The position numbers and the translations under genes were made by a program. Below the pieces are notes generated by a model. That model did not search any database. It saw only the letters and a list, made by a program, of their open reading frames with translations, and was not told the origin of the DNA. A stretch of 63,325 nt of DNA, the filler included, from Reticulomyxa filosa (taxonomy: Eukaryota; Protista; Foraminifera), in NCBI GenBank assembly GCA_000512085.1. It is 24 parts of 24 records of this genome, joined end to end, with 100 filler letters (N's around TTAATTAATTAA, not from the genome) between each part and the next. Parts side by side here need not be neighbours in the genome. Positions count along the whole stretch, not along the records: positions 24,681 to 25,759 come from ASPP01020619.1; positions 25,860 to 27,427 come from ASPP01012921.1; positions 27,528 to 29,133 come from ASPP01010800.1; positions 29,234 to 32,318 come from ASPP01011026.1; positions 32,419 to 38,537 come from ASPP01005878.1; positions 38,638 to 39,637 come from ASPP01048872.1; 18 more parts are not named here. The stretch is one strand, 5' to 3'. Below, piece after piece: positions 25,741 to 38,837 of the stretch (the first letter of the stretch is position 1; the number at the start of each line of letters is the position of its first letter).

Positions 25741-25859
25741 TTTTTTTTTTTTTTTTTTTNNNNNNNNNNNNNNNNNNNNNNNNNNNNNNNNNNNNNNNNN
25801 NNNTTAATTAATTAANNNNNNNNNNNNNNNNNNNNNNNNNNNNNNNNNNNNNNNNNNNN

Positions 25860-26770
25860 GATGATGATGATGATGATGATGATGATAATGATAATGATTT
25901 AAAAAGGAGATGTGGATTATGCACAATGTGCATATCCGTCAGATCTGTCAACGGCGCTTCAAACTTTTGACTCCATGTCGGAGTGTTTTTCCAACTCTCG
26001 ATATCGTGTCTAACGGCACTGGAGTGGGTCGGGTCGGTGTCCTCTGCCGCGGCCAAAGTGTGCAAGACTTTTTCGACACCCACCTGTTGCTGTGTCAAAA
26101 TCGATGGCACTTGCAAATATTCTACGCATTCGGACTCCAAATCCGTCCCTCGCTTTTCCAGTAGTAAGCGCTCCAATGCGTCATATACAAACGGTAATTC
26201 TTCGTCCAAGTCCGGGTGCAACACTATTTCATTTTTATTTATTTATTTATTTATTCACTTTTTTTTTTTTTTATACATTTTTATTGGAATTATGATGCAT
26301 CAGAAATCAAACATACACTCTTTTAATTGGGAAGATATACACATATATATGTATATATTCTTAACGCTCTGGTACCAACACATAACCCTTTTGATGAAAG
26401 GCTTCGATTTCGGACTGTGCCATTTTGTAATACATCCCACGCCTTCTTTGCTTTGGAATGTCGTTTTTTTCACGCGAAAGTAATCACTACTCTTTTTTTG
26501 TCTTTTGCTGTCGTCGTGCCCCTGACTGCTCTCATTCTTTTCTCTCATCTCTTGATAGTGTTGATACACGTTACTTTCCTCGTACTGTGTCTTTTTGCTC
26601 TTTTTTTCTTTGATTTCGATCAGCTTTTCAATTACTGATTTGCCTTCCAGTGGCATCAAGCCCGTATATTTTGGAAGCGATTTATCTTCTTCTCGTATTT
26701 TTGAAAACCATCTTCTGCCATTATAAGTAACAATGCCAAGTGTACGCCGAAATAACGCCAAACTCGTCAT
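25860..26770 (-). CDS. Hypothetical protein with a mitochondrial-presequence-like N-terminus, 3'-partial
   Basis: MTSLALFRRTLGIVTYNGRRWFS is Arg-rich and acid-free with an R-x-F-S cleavage-like motif; a second exon follows an A-rich intron. Confidence 0.55.
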
Positions 26771-27527
26771 CTGTGATAATATTATATAATTTTTTATTTT
26801 TTATTTTGTCCTGCACCCTTCATTCGCATTTCTTCTGTTGATAGCACCTCTAAAATAGAGGTACAATTTAAATAACACAGATTGTCATGGAACTTGAAAC
26901 AGCATGTACATCCCTTGTTTGCTCAGCCGTTAACAAAAAAGTTCCAATTAAAAAAAAGGGGATTGTTAATATTTTAATCACATCAAGATTAGGATGTCTG
27001 ATACTGAATTACATAAAACAGCTCCTCGTTTTTGGTTCTACTACCATGTTTCCTTCAAGGGTGTTCAAGCAGGCGCGCTTGCAGGATTTGCAGCGTTTGG
27101 AATCCGCATGTTGTTCCACCGAACGGGAGTTGGGTTTTTTTTTGTCAGTTTTTTGAAATGAAGTTGGACAACCCGTTAAAAAAAAAATAGGAAAAACAAG
27201 AAAAACAAAATGACAAACCACAAGAGAATAAAACAAAAGAAGTATATAAAATGACAGTAATTGACACCTTGCGACGTTCAGTTTTTCATGGATCAATGCA
27301 TACTTTTTTCATCGGCTCTTTTGTCGCGGTTTATAATTTAGTCAGTTAAATTTTTTTTTTCCTTTCTTTCTTTCTTTTCTCCCTCCTTTCGGCTGTCCTC
27401 TTTTTTGAACTTTTTTTTCCCCCCCCCNNNNNNNNNNNNNNNNNNNNNNNNNNNNNNNNNNNNNNNNNNNNTTAATTAATTAANNNNNNNNNNNNNNNNN
27501 NNNNNNNNNNNNNNNNNNNNNNNNNNN

Positions 27528-27988
27528 AGGCGGGTCCGATGGTGAAACAGCTGCGTAAACTGGGCATCAAGGCCGCGTTCATGGGCGCCGATGGCGTCAA
27601 TACGCCGGAGTTTGCCAAACTGGGTGGCAAAGATGCTGAAGGCGCGTACGCATCCAGCGCTGGTGCCCCCAAAGAAGCGATGCCGGGTTTTGCCAGCTTC
27701 AACGATAAATTCAAGGCCCGCTTCAAGACTGACATCCAGGCCTACGCACCGTACACCTACGATGCAGCACGGGTGCTGATCGACGCCATGAAGCGTGCGG
27801 ATTCGGCCGATCCGAAGAAATTCCTGCAGGAAATCGGCAAAACCCAGTTGCAAGGTGTGACCGGCGCTATCGCTTTTGAACCGAACGGCGACATCAAGAA
27901 CGGTGCTGTCAGCTTGTACCAGCTGCAGGCTGGTGCCTGGAAGGGCCTGACCGCGGCTGCACCGGCGCAAGCCTCTGCCGCCCAGTAA
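27528..27988 (+). CDS. Bacterial branched-chain amino acid ABC transporter substrate-binding protein (LivJ/LivK/BraC family), 3' part
   Basis: FMGADGV, YAPYTYDAARVLIDAMKRADS, GVTGAIAFEPNGDIKNG; GC-rich and intronless. Confidence 0.92.
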
Positions 27989-28008
27989 GCCAAACTGAAC
28001 CAGCCATC

Positions 28009-28034
28009 AAAAGCGCCTTTCGGGGCGCTTTTTT
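28009..28034 (+). terminator. Rho-independent terminator
   Basis: AAAAGCGCCT-TTCG-GGGCGCTTTTTT hairpin with a T tail, 20 bp after the stop codon. Confidence 0.9.
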
Positions 28035-28070
28035 CATGCACAGGATTGACTGCCTGCTGATGGGCCGGCC

Positions 28071-28099
28071 TTGTCGCCAGTAGGCAAGTTGCGTAGAAT
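28071..28099 (+). promoter_or_regulatory. Putative sigma70 promoter of the BMP gene
   Basis: TTGTCG-N17-TAGAAT; GGAG ribosome-binding site at 28158-28161 before the ATG at 28167. Confidence 0.6.
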
Positions 28100-28166
28100 G
28101 CCGGCGATTTATCTTCTATGGAAGTAACATCCAAGGAAGCAACATTAAGTTTTTTTCGGAGCCCGT

Positions 28167-29133
28167 ATGATGCCACGCCAACTGACCGCCCTCGCCTTCA
28201 CCCTGACACTCGCCACGACGGCACACGCTTTTACCCCTGCGGTCATTTCCGGCTCGTCCGGCAAATTCGACAAAAGCTTCAATGAGGCGGCCTTTCAGGG
28301 TGCCGAGCGTTTCAAGAAAGCTACCGGTATCAGTTACCGCGAAGGTCAGGTCAATAACGACGCCCAGCGCGAGCAAGTGCTGCGTAATCTGGCACGCCGC
28401 AATGTCGATCTGGTGGTGGCTGTAGGCTTTGCCTTTACCCAGCCGGTACAAGCCGTGGCGCCGGAATTTCCCAAGGTCAAGTTCGTGATCGTCGATGACG
28501 TCGCCAAGGGTGGCAACATTCAGTCCATCGCCTTCCGCGAGCACGAAGGTGCCTACCTGGGCGGGATGGCTGCAGCCCTGGCATCCAAGACTGGCAAGGT
28601 TGGCTTTATCGGCGGCATGGATGCGCCGCTAATCCGCAACTTTGGTTGCGGCTTTGCCAGGGGCCAAAGCCGCCAAAGCGGCTACCGTGGTATACAGCAA
28701 TATGACCGGCACCACCTCCGCCGCCTTCAACGACCCGGCACGCGGCGGCGAGTTGGCACTTAGCCAGTTTGATCGTGGCGCAGACGTGATTTTCCATGCG
28801 GCAGCAGGCACAGGCTTGGGCGTGCTGCAGGCTGCAAAAGATCGCAACAAACTTGCCATCGGGGTCGATAGCAACCAGAACCACCTGTTCCCGGGCCGGG
28901 TACTGACCTCGGTGGTGAAGCGTGTCGACAATGTGGTGTATCAGGTAATGATGGATGCCAAGCAAGGCAAATGGCAGCCTGGCGTGGTGTCGATGGGGCT
29001 GAAGGAAGGCGGCATGGACTGGACGCTGGACCAGCACAATCGCGCACTGATTACGCCCGCCATGGAAAAGCAGATCAACCAGGCAAGCAGGCCATCATTG
29101 CAGGCAAGGTCAAGGTCTCTGACTACCGCGTGG
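28167..29133 (+). CDS. Bacterial BMP-family (nucleoside) ABC transporter substrate-binding protein, 3'-truncated, two apparent frameshifts
   Basis: Signal peptide, GKFDKSFNEAAFQG, FREHEGAYLGG, SKTGKVGFIGG, ADVIFHAAAGTGLGVLQAA, AIGVDSNQN, LTSVVKRVD. The frame changes at short homopolymers near 28660 and 29086. Confidence 0.92.
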
Positions 29134-29233
29134 NNNNNNNNNNNNNNNNNNNNNNNNNNNNNNNNNNNNNNNNNNNNTTAATTAATTAANNNNNNNNNNN
29201 NNNNNNNNNNNNNNNNNNNNNNNNNNNNNNNNN

Positions 29234-31000
29234 TCTTTTTCTTTTTCTTTGGTGTGTGGTTTGTCGTCTCCTTTTCTCTTTTCAAAATCGCTCGACGCCG
29301 AAGCGGTTGGAGACGAGGGCTTTTTAGTTTCTGTTGTTTTCGGTTGTGGCTGTTCGGATGGGGGCTCCACTAGCTTGTTAAAATCAAAGTCAAAGTCTTT
29401 CCCATCGTCTTTTATCGGTTCGGCTTTCGATTTCGCCATCGGCGTTTCCACAGCCGGATCTCCACCGTCTTGGCACGTCATTATGTTATGTCCCCCCCCC
29501 ACCATCATCATTCAACAATCAACACCATAAACTTCATATCGTTTTATTTCTCACACAACACATACCCACTCGCTCAAAGAGCCATTTTGACTACGAAAAA
29601 TGAGCAATGTCACCAAAGGAGAAAGATACGAGAGAGAGAGAGAGGGAGGAGAGAAGAAACAAAACAAAAAATAAATAAACACATCTACATACGTATACTC
29701 CCCCCCCCCAAAAAAAAAATTTATTTTAATTAAAAAAGAAGAGTAGAGGGGGGAAAGAAAAAAATCACAATTTAAAACGACACAAACGCACGCACAAATT
29801 TGGTAACACATACCGGCAAAGTGCACTGCAAAGGAAAATGTGGTAACAGGGAGAGGAGACGGGGACTTGGCCCGTTGCTTTTTTTCGGTAGGTATCCTTT
29901 GTCCTTTGGAACGCGGTGGGGCGATCAGTCCTTGCTGAGGAGACGAAACTTTATCCGTTGGAGTGCTCTGTTGTTTATAAACAAAAAAAAAAAGGGGGAG
30001 ACATAAGAAGGGGGAAATCAATTTGTTGAACGTACACATAAAAAAAAAAAAAAAGGCAAAATAAAAAAAATTGTGAAGCATATACTATATATACATACAT
30101 ATACTAAAACATTAAAAACTTTACGTACCGTGGCTTTCTTAAGGCCTTGAGAATTTTCAAGTCCCCAAATATCAGTTGTGTCTCCCACAGGTGAGTATAA
30201 AGAGTGCCCGTACCAATCTGGGATTCCAATTGCTCCTGAAGGATCAGTCGGGCTAACTGCGGAATCCGCTCTGTTGATTTTGACCAATCATTTGTGTAAC
30301 AAAATATATACACATATATATTTTACATTTACATATATACTTTTTTTTTTTTTTTTTGATCGCACATAAAAAGGGGGTACCAAAAAAAAAAAAAGGGAGG
30401 CAAAAGGGAAGAAGGGAAGAACAATTGCCTGGGAGATGGTGATGGTGACGTGTCGGGATTATCGACGCCGATATTCAAACCCAATGAAGGTTTTGTTGTA
30501 TTTTTATCCGAATCATTAAGAAAGGGATTGTCATATGAGGTTTGAGTTACTACTGGCTGTGCTTGCGAAGTGCCTTGCTGTAGCCACAAGAGAGGGATTA
30601 AAAAAAATCAAAAATTGGCAAGGTCTCGAATTTATTGTTTTATCTTTTTATACTTGTGTAAATACAAAAGATAACATGTATAACCTATGTGCTGTTCTCA
30701 ACTCGTTTTTTCACTTCAAGTGACAAACTTGTGGCAAATTCCGCCAGTTTGATTCTTCCAGAACTGTCCACACAGGTCTTTGACGCGAGTTGGACAAAGT
30801 CTTGGCATTCTTGGTCGGACATTCCCAGGTTTGGTATGTCAAGCATTGCCGCTTTACATTGCTTTGCTGTCAATAGACCGAGATCTGAACCATCGTATTC
30901 TTTTAGTGCAGCTACAATTGTTTCTTTCGACACTCCTTTACTTGTCTTATTGGATTCTGTTGTTGTTGTCGGCGCGGTATTCTCGACAGAAGGGGTCTAA
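29234..31000 (-). CDS. EF-hand-like protein with a long Pro/Ser/Thr-rich tail (NPF, FDFDF motifs), multi-exon, 3'-partial
   Basis: ALKEYDGSDLGLLTAKQCKAAM..DSSGRIKLAEFA resembles an EF-hand pair; at least four further exons separated by T/A-run introns. Confidence 0.6.
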
Positions 31001-31326
31001 CAGCAAACGTCGTTTTTTACTTTTCACAAAGGGAAATGAACAGATAAAAGACTACATCGATCCTAACATACATAAAAAAAATCCAAAAGATTATCAGAAT
31101 TGTTCGTCATTGAAAAGTGAAAGGGATGACCAACGATTAAGATTACCGAAATAAATTTATTTTTTTAGTTTCAAGGGAATACTTAATATCAGAGACACAA
31201 CATTTTGTTTAAAGAATAAAAAGAAATCATTTTTGAAATTTTTGTAGGACGCTATGTGTGTTGAGAGTTGTAAACTTGACCTAACAGCCAAGCTCGGTCC
31301 TATATTTTAAACTTTGCTCCTTGTCA

Positions 31327-32250
31327 ATGTCCGAAGTTAAACCAGCAAACTCGTCACTTTTAGACAATCATAGCTCAGATTTAGCGAAAAATGACCTAAT
31401 GGCAGCGTTTATTGATATTGGAAGCACACAGCCTTCCACGACCGTCCCGCAGACCACAGCGGACCCAACAGTCACAGGAGCAGGGACTCCGCGCAAGGGC
31501 AGCCGAAGATCGGTTGTGCGTGCAGAAAACCAAGCTCCACAACAAGACGTATCAGATGTGAAATTGTCAGGAATATTGTCCACACAGAATGAAAACAGCT
31601 TGAAAACAGAGCTGATCAAGCCATTTGAAGTACAAGAAGAGCCAGACGAGAAGACACAAGAAGAAATGACATTAGACGATTTGCATTTGGCAAACAGCTT
31701 TCCGTTGTTGCAGAACCATCGAGGAACCATTGTCACTGGCAGTGTGGTAACAACACCACAAGAGATGAGCAACAGTCGTCACGCGTTTTGGAATCTGTGC
31801 AAAGGATTTGTTGGAGCAGGTAAGGTCTAAAAACGGGGGGGGGGGAGGAGAGTTTTACAAAATATTTTTTAAAAAACATTATATACATACGTATAAAAAT
31901 ACAAATAAATAATTATATGTACATATTTTTTTTAAAAAAAAGTTGTTGTTTTGTTGACAAAAAAAAAATAAAATAAAATAAAATAAAGCATCGTTCAGTT
32001 TACCTTGGGCAGTGTCCCAATGCGGGTTGGGATTAGGAACGTTCGGGTTCATATTGTTAGCATATTTGACACAACGCACTAACCATTGGCTCATGCTTTC
32101 CGGACATTACACGTACCACGCTAAGCATAGGCCCACGTATCCCGAAGTGGCCTATGCCGCCATTGGGCAAGTCGGAACGGTTATGGTCTGGTTTGGAGTT
32201 TATACAAATATGGTTGGCGCGTGTGGGACATATTTACTTTTTATTGCTGG
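31327..32250 (+). CDS. Amino-acid transporter (Aa_trans, SLC36/SLC38/Avt-like), 5' part
   Basis: HAFWNLCKGFVGA | ASFSLPWAVSQCGLGLG .. TYPEVAYAAIG .. GACGTYLLFIA; GT-AG intron at ~31820-31988. Confidence 0.9.
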
Positions 32251-32252
32251 CA

Positions 32253-32283
<31 letters not shown>

Positions 32284-32534
32284 GGGGGTATTTTCCTTGG
32301 GGGCATTTTTTTTTTTTTNNNNNNNNNNNNNNNNNNNNNNNNNNNNNNNNNNNNNNNNNNNNTTAATTAATTAANNNNNNNNNNNNNNNNNNNNNNNNNN
32401 NNNNNNNNNNNNNNNNNNAATTCGGAATTACAGCATTCAGTTTGAGCACTCGTTTTTTTGATTTTTTTTTTTAAACAACGTATATTTCGAACATGCTTGC
32501 TTATGGGTGTATGTGGGTTGGTCATGAATTCAAG

Positions 32535-33756
32535 ATGACATCCACAAACGATGTACCTGCTTCCTCAAATCATGTAACGGAGCAAACGTCACAGCTGCAA
32601 ATTGCAACGTCCGCACCACAGCCCTTACCGAAGCAGATGGAACAAGTTTTGCAAAGTTGTCTGTTTCTCATCACATACATCAATTTAAAAAATTAGTAAG
32701 AAACTGTGATAATAACAATGGCTAAAAAAAAAAAAAGAAGACTCAAAAGAGGCGGAAAAGAGGAAAAAAGACGAACAACACGACCGAGAGCACAATCAGC
32801 GCAATAAACCCCAAGCAGCATAGAATGGAAAATTCTCATGACGTGATGCTTCCTCTCCATGATCAAATGCCGAACAAAGACCATTTGGGACAAGAGCGCT
32901 CGACGACATTGCCTTCCACTGTCAATCAAACGACCATAGCTACGGAGGATCAGCTACGAATGGCAACACAACCAATCACTTCGGATGAGACAAACTCGAC
33001 TGTTATCGTACAGATCATCGCTCCAAGCAAATCAATAAACAGTGCTCCGGTGGCAAGTACAATGGCATCGCGACTAAAACAACAACAAAAAATGCAAATT
33101 CGTTTGACTGAAAACGCAACAGGCGCTCCATTCCAACAACAACGGTCAAAAAATGAAAAAGCAAAACCAAAGCCAAAGAAAAATGCTCCTCCGACAAAGC
33201 AAGTGCCTCCGGCGTGGACAAACGATTCGAAATCCGTCAACAAAGCGACTCTTGCTTCAGTTTAATCTTTTTTAATGTTTTGTAAACAAGCGATTATTAT
33301 ATTTTCTTGTGTGTGTGTCTACGTGTCGTTCGAACAGCCTCTAAAAATGTCATCTGAGTTTAAACAATGGTGTCGAATCAAAATCGAGAAAATGAACAAA
33401 GAAGTCGATGCAGAAGTGGTAATTCAAATGCTTTGCAGCATTTCAGAAGAGCAAAGTATCCGGGATAATATCTACGACGTGTTTGGAAACAACCATGACA
33501 GCGTCCAGTTTGTTGACACTTTTTTATTAACTCGAAAATCTGAAAGGCAAAATGCTCAAAAGGCCAGTGGCCAACATCAAGGAGTTACTTTTTTATTTTT
33601 GTCATTTTTGTTGTATTGCATACGTTTTTTCTCGCATTCAATTTACTCACATCCTATTCACTATTTCGTGTGTTTGTTCTTGTGTGTTTTTTTTTAATGC
33701 TATCTCCTCTGAATTAACAGGCAAGAAAACACAAAAAATCCAAAGGAAAAAATTAA
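32535..33756 (+). CDS. GIGYF/Smy2-like protein, C-terminal part
   Basis: EFKQWCRIKIEKMNKEVDAEVVIQMLCSI..IRDNIYDVFG..QFVDTFL resembles the conserved helical C-terminus of GYF-domain proteins, preceded by a Q/K-rich region with a PAW motif. The GYF domain itself is not in view. Confidence 0.6.
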
Positions 33757-34292
33757 GTTTTTTCCTTCAAATTGGAAAGGTTTGTTTCCTGCTAAATAGG
33801 GAATATATTCCTTTTCTTTTGTTTCTTTTTTTTTGGGCGTGGGAAAAAATTTTAAAAATCCTTCAATATGCGAATAACAAACGTGAGTTGCACTTGTTAT
33901 CACTATTTTGTTGATTTGAATCATTTTGTGAATATCTTTTTGTTTGTGTTTGAACGTTGTATCTGTTCTTTCTTTTTTTAATTATTTGGTGTGTAGATGA
34001 GGACATGTAAATCTTCTTCAAATTTGCTTTAAACCTCAACTTTTTATAAAGAGACAAAGTCACGCTCTCACTCTTAAGAATATGTAGTACCACGTGTACA
34101 TTAATTTTTTTGATGAAGCTTAAAAAAATGGCAGATGCTTAAATCAGTTTTTTTTTACACGTGAGCACATTAAAAAAATCTAACAGACCGTACCGAATTA
34201 AAATTAATCCATTCAACAGTGTTAGTCGTAGTAATCAGCTTTACTGAAAGGTCGTTGAACTTTGGAGGATTATTGAAAATAGATAGAAAAAT

Positions 34293-35890
34293 ATGGATGA
34301 AAAACAGGCAATACAAATGGAAGATGATCCAGCATTGGCATTGCAACATGCAAAAGCAACGGATAAGGCGCTGCTGGCACTATGTGAAAGTGATTCAGAA
34401 GGAGTGAATCCAGCCCACGACTTGTTCACCAACACCAAAATTGTGCCTTTAATTGAAAGTTTTGCGTGAATTACAAAACCAGAAACAAGACATGACAAAA
34501 AAAAAAACCAATTAAACAACAAAAAATTAAAAAAAGAGGAAGCTGTGTGGCATCGAATAAAAGCAAATACAGTGACGGGTGAGCATTTTAACACTCTGTA
34601 TCCAGTGTACGAGTATCCAGCACTGTATTGCATCGACCCCAAAAATGGTACAGTGTTAGGTGCATGGTTTGGAAGAGAGGAGTTTTCAGTGGAAAAAGCA
34701 AGAAGCGAGAAGTTGTGTAAAGCAGTGGAATGGTTGCTCACACAAAGACAGAAACAAAAGAGCGCATCCAATGCCAATATAAGCGCAGATGTAAATGTAA
34801 ATGCAGATACAAATGATGCGAGCGCAAACACAACAAAAATGACACCCCAGGAAAAATTGGAGCAACTAAGACGAAAGGCGCAAGAACAAAAGCAGAAACA
34901 AAAAGAAAACAAAGAAAATGGAGAGAAAACCAGCACATTGCAACAGAGCGAAAGCGAAAAGTTGGAACAGCCCAAAGAACAAGTCAAAGAATCATCCAAC
35001 GATAAGCCTGAACACAATCGTAGAGAAATATCCAAAACGAAAGACACGACACAATTGGAAAGCACTTCAACCAAAGTGGAAAACAAACAAACATTGCTGT
35101 CGATTCATTGGAGTGACGACAGTAATGCTGATGTCTTCTCTCCTGTTATCCAACGCTTTCACTATGACTGTTCATTGGAACAATTGATACAATTCATCGA
35201 ATCTACCTCTGTCATTTCATCGTTGAGACAACAAAAAAAGGACGTGTCATTCGTTTTAACATGTAAATATCCACAATTGTCCATTGATCCGTTCAACTCA
35301 TCTCAATGGACTCTAATTCGTCAGCAAACTCTTGAACAGCTGCATCTTGTTCCGTCTTGTCGATTATACGTACAATTTGCGAGCGCTTCTTCTTTGTCTT
35401 CTGCTGTCCCCACCCACCATTCGTCGAAAAGTATCATTTCTTATGTTTATGATTTTGTACAGCTTATTATCGCCTTTCTCACTATACTTCTCCAAACTCT
35501 GTTGTGGCTGACTTTATTCATCCCTCGGTTTTTGTTGTGCAAGCATCAAATCTCACCACCTCCTTCTCCAATCGCCTTCCTATTGCAATGTTTTGGTATC
35601 CAAACATTTCGCTCTGACTCTGCACATTCTTCTACGAATCATCCCTACTCTCATCATGATCGCAACTCTTCTCATTCTCTCCAGTCACGCCGTCCATCCT
35701 CTGGCTCCAATAGTCTCACCAACAGGTTTTCTTCTCTCTTTTCTTATCTCTCTATCTGTGTCACTCACGTCCATATACACACTATTTGACTAGGCGCACA
35801 AAGAGGTTTGCCACGATAAGAGATTTGAATGCTTCGGGCCCCAATCAAAACAATGGAGATACCGATCCCAATCACAATCCTGACCAATGA
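34293..35890 (+). CDS. UBX-domain p97 adaptor, UBXN4/erasin-like
   Basis: Domain order matches UBXN4: thioredoxin-like N-terminus (FNTLYPVYEYPALYCID..G), coiled coil, UBX (FVLTCKYP..TLEQLHLVPSCRLYV), hydrophobic segment, short tail; two introns. Confidence 0.75.
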
Positions 35891-36283
35891 CATGACCTTT
35901 TTTGACGATATTTCTTTTCACGTATAATTTAAGCTTTCAGTCACTTTTTTTTTTTTTTTTTTTGTGTGTGAGCACTCAAACACTTTTCAATCTTTTTTCA
36001 AAAAAACTTTAATTAAAGAGTTAACTCATCATTTTCAGCATAATTTCTCTCCTCTCTCTCACAAATAAGGAAATAAATATGTTAAACATGTGTGAGATAT
36101 TTGCTAAAAGAAATTTAATATCTCTTTCTTAAACTAAAGTATATAATCGTAAATACCAGTGAACTAAGCAACTCAAATCACAAAAAAAGTTAAGTGTAAC
36201 CGTATATCCGGAACACAAAAAAAATAGAAAAAGCCCCCAAATGTATTGAACTTTTGTGTTTTCATATTTAGTATTTTGTACAA

Positions 36284-37434
36284 ATGAGTAAAGTTAGGAA
36301 CTTTTTGGCAGGTATATTTAGTCGAGGAAATGAAAAAGAGAAAATATTATTGAGCAGTCAAGACGGAAATTTGTTTCACTCGTTGCTGCTGGCATACGTT
36401 CGTATATTTGAGCACTCTTGGAACAAAGACCAGGTTAAAAAATTGCTATGCTTGTGATAACAACAAAAATAAGAAAAAAAAAAAAAACGTAAACAAAATA
36501 GTTAAATGAAGCAGAAGTATTGCCATCATCAAATGGAAATGAAGAAGTGGATGAAGCAGGACCATTGGTAATATTGCAACATATATTGGAAATAGCTCCA
36601 AAAGTATCAGAAAAAGAAATGATAGATGAATGCATTCAAAGAGACATAGTGCAAATGTTAAAAATAGTATCTCACCAATTCACAACCATGTACTATCACG
36701 GGAAGAACAGACAACGATTCACTTTCGAGAAACGCACTTGTTGGTCCCCACAGGATTGAATCAAGGCAATGAAACGGAGCCTGTGAGTAACGGGCCAGAC
36801 AATGCGTATGCTGCATTGCTGTACGTATCGATGCCAAGTGCAATCGATAGCAAAAGCAAATGGTCGCGTGGACTGAGTTTTGCACATACATTATTGCGAG
36901 GATCGTCGTCAATCACAATCCAGAACGACAAAGACAAGGACAAAGACAAAGAAAAAGAAAAAGAAAAGAAAAAGAAAAAGAAAAAGAAAAAGAAAAGGAA
37001 AAGACAAAGAAAAAGACAGAGAAAGAGAGAGAGATAAAGAGACACCCAATCACTCATTGAAAAGAGACTACGCATCCAATCAGCGATACAACAATAGCAA
37101 CATAAATAACAACAATGGTAAATCCGAAGAGTCAATATCACAAATGTCGAAAGGGAGTAAGAACAGCAGACAGATTCGTGATGACAATTATCACGAAACG
37201 CCAATGAGTAGAGTGGACAGTGACAATAATGCGACCTCGATCACTAGGAGCTGTTCTGTCGGGGCGGATATCCACGAAGGTGGTGGTGGGATTTGTTTTG
37301 AGTTGAATTGGATATCGAAGCCCTCGGTTGAGTCGATGAAACAAGGGCATGTTGTGGAGCAAGAATTGGAATTTGAAACTGATAATGATGATGATGATGA
37401 TGATAGTGATAATAGTGATGATGATACCAACAAC

Positions 37435-37472
<38 letters not shown>

Positions 37473-38537
37473 TAATAATAATAATAACAATGACAATGAA
37501 AGTGAAAATGATTCTCATTTAGAATCGCACTCGAAATCGGAATTGCATTCTGAATACGACGAAGACGAATTGCACTCCGAATACGAATTGGATTCCAACT
37601 TTGATTTGCGCTATGAAACGTTATGTGGACAACTCCATGACATGTTTATGCGCTTGAACTACCCATTTCCTTCCTCTTCTTCCTCGCGACGAGACGAAGT
37701 CACAGTGGATGTGGACGGGGACGTAGTATCTTTGCCTCAGCAAGGACTACTTCCATTCTTGGAGCAGCTGCTTTTGGAAGAGGGTCATTGTCACGGGCTT
37801 TTTCGTCCTTTGCATCAACAGCGCGTGGACGCCATTAATCAATATGGATGCCTTGCAAGTTGTTTGTGGAGATTATTGTACATTGTGAGGTTACAACAAT
37901 CAAAGAGAAGAGACGTGTGTGAGAGAGTATTGTGTTTGGTGTGTGTTGATGTGTGAACGTGAGCATTCCTCTTTTTCTTTTTGTTTTTTTTTTTTTTTTA
38001 GGCAGGAGAAGGAAAGAACGGAGACTTTTCACTTTTTTTTTTTTTTAATTTTTAAAAAAAGAATTGACAAACGCATCGAAATAAACGTATACACCAACCA
38101 ACACATAACATATATTTACGATGCACAATGCGCATGCAAATGTGACAAATTAGCCCACGGAACACGAGAGAATGGAGATGGTGGAAAAAAAAAAATCGAA
38201 AACGTAGTGAACTTTGGACTATGCTCTGCAAACGCCTGCTTCGATTAATAGTTCAACTCTGTCAACACTCCTCCACTGCCTTGGAATTAGTTCGCAGCCA
38301 GCAAATGCAAATGCTCTTTGAAGTGCTGATGTCCCCTTGGCATCAAAGTGATTCCACTGTCCATGGCAATATATTCGGACAACTCACACAGCCCACTGTG
38401 GCTTGTATCGTTTTGAACCAATTGGCAAGTTGCCAAATGTCCAGCTTGAATGACATTTGCAAGCATATTCATAAAAAACAATACATTCCATTCATATTGA
38501 AAACATTGGCTACAAAGAAGCGTTTGTGTATTTTTTT
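36284..38537 (+). CDS. WDFY3/ALFY/LvsA-like BEACH-family protein, N-terminal part; apparent frameshifts
   Basis: LASCLWRLLYI and LLRLIVQLCQHSSTALELVRSQQMQMLFEVL..VLNQLA..ICKHIHKKQYI parallel the WDFY3 N-terminal ARM region; EK/DK-rich and poly-D/N inserts. BEACH/WD domains are not in view. Confidence 0.62.
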
Positions 38538-38837
38538 NNNNNNNNNNNNNNNNNNNNNNNNNNNNNNNNNNNNNNNNNNNNTTAATTAATTAANNNNNNN
38601 NNNNNNNNNNNNNNNNNNNNNNNNNNNNNNNNNNNNNAAAAATGACCGTGTAGTAAATTCTTCCACATTCAAACAAAAAAAACCAACAAGTATTTGTTTC
38701 TTCTTTCAGATACTACAACAACAACCCCACAAAACTAAATTTGTATCTCTTCTCTTTCGTTTTCTTTCCTTTCTCTTGTTTTAATTAAATGAAAATGGAC
38801 AATTCAATCCGGTAATCTGTTAAAAAAAGCTCCAGAC

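Noticed and set aside
27428-29233. Bacterial genes as a horizontally inserted island in the host chromosome
   Set aside because: Bounded by spacers on both sides with no host sequence on the contig and no amelioration; the same applies to 60085-61713.
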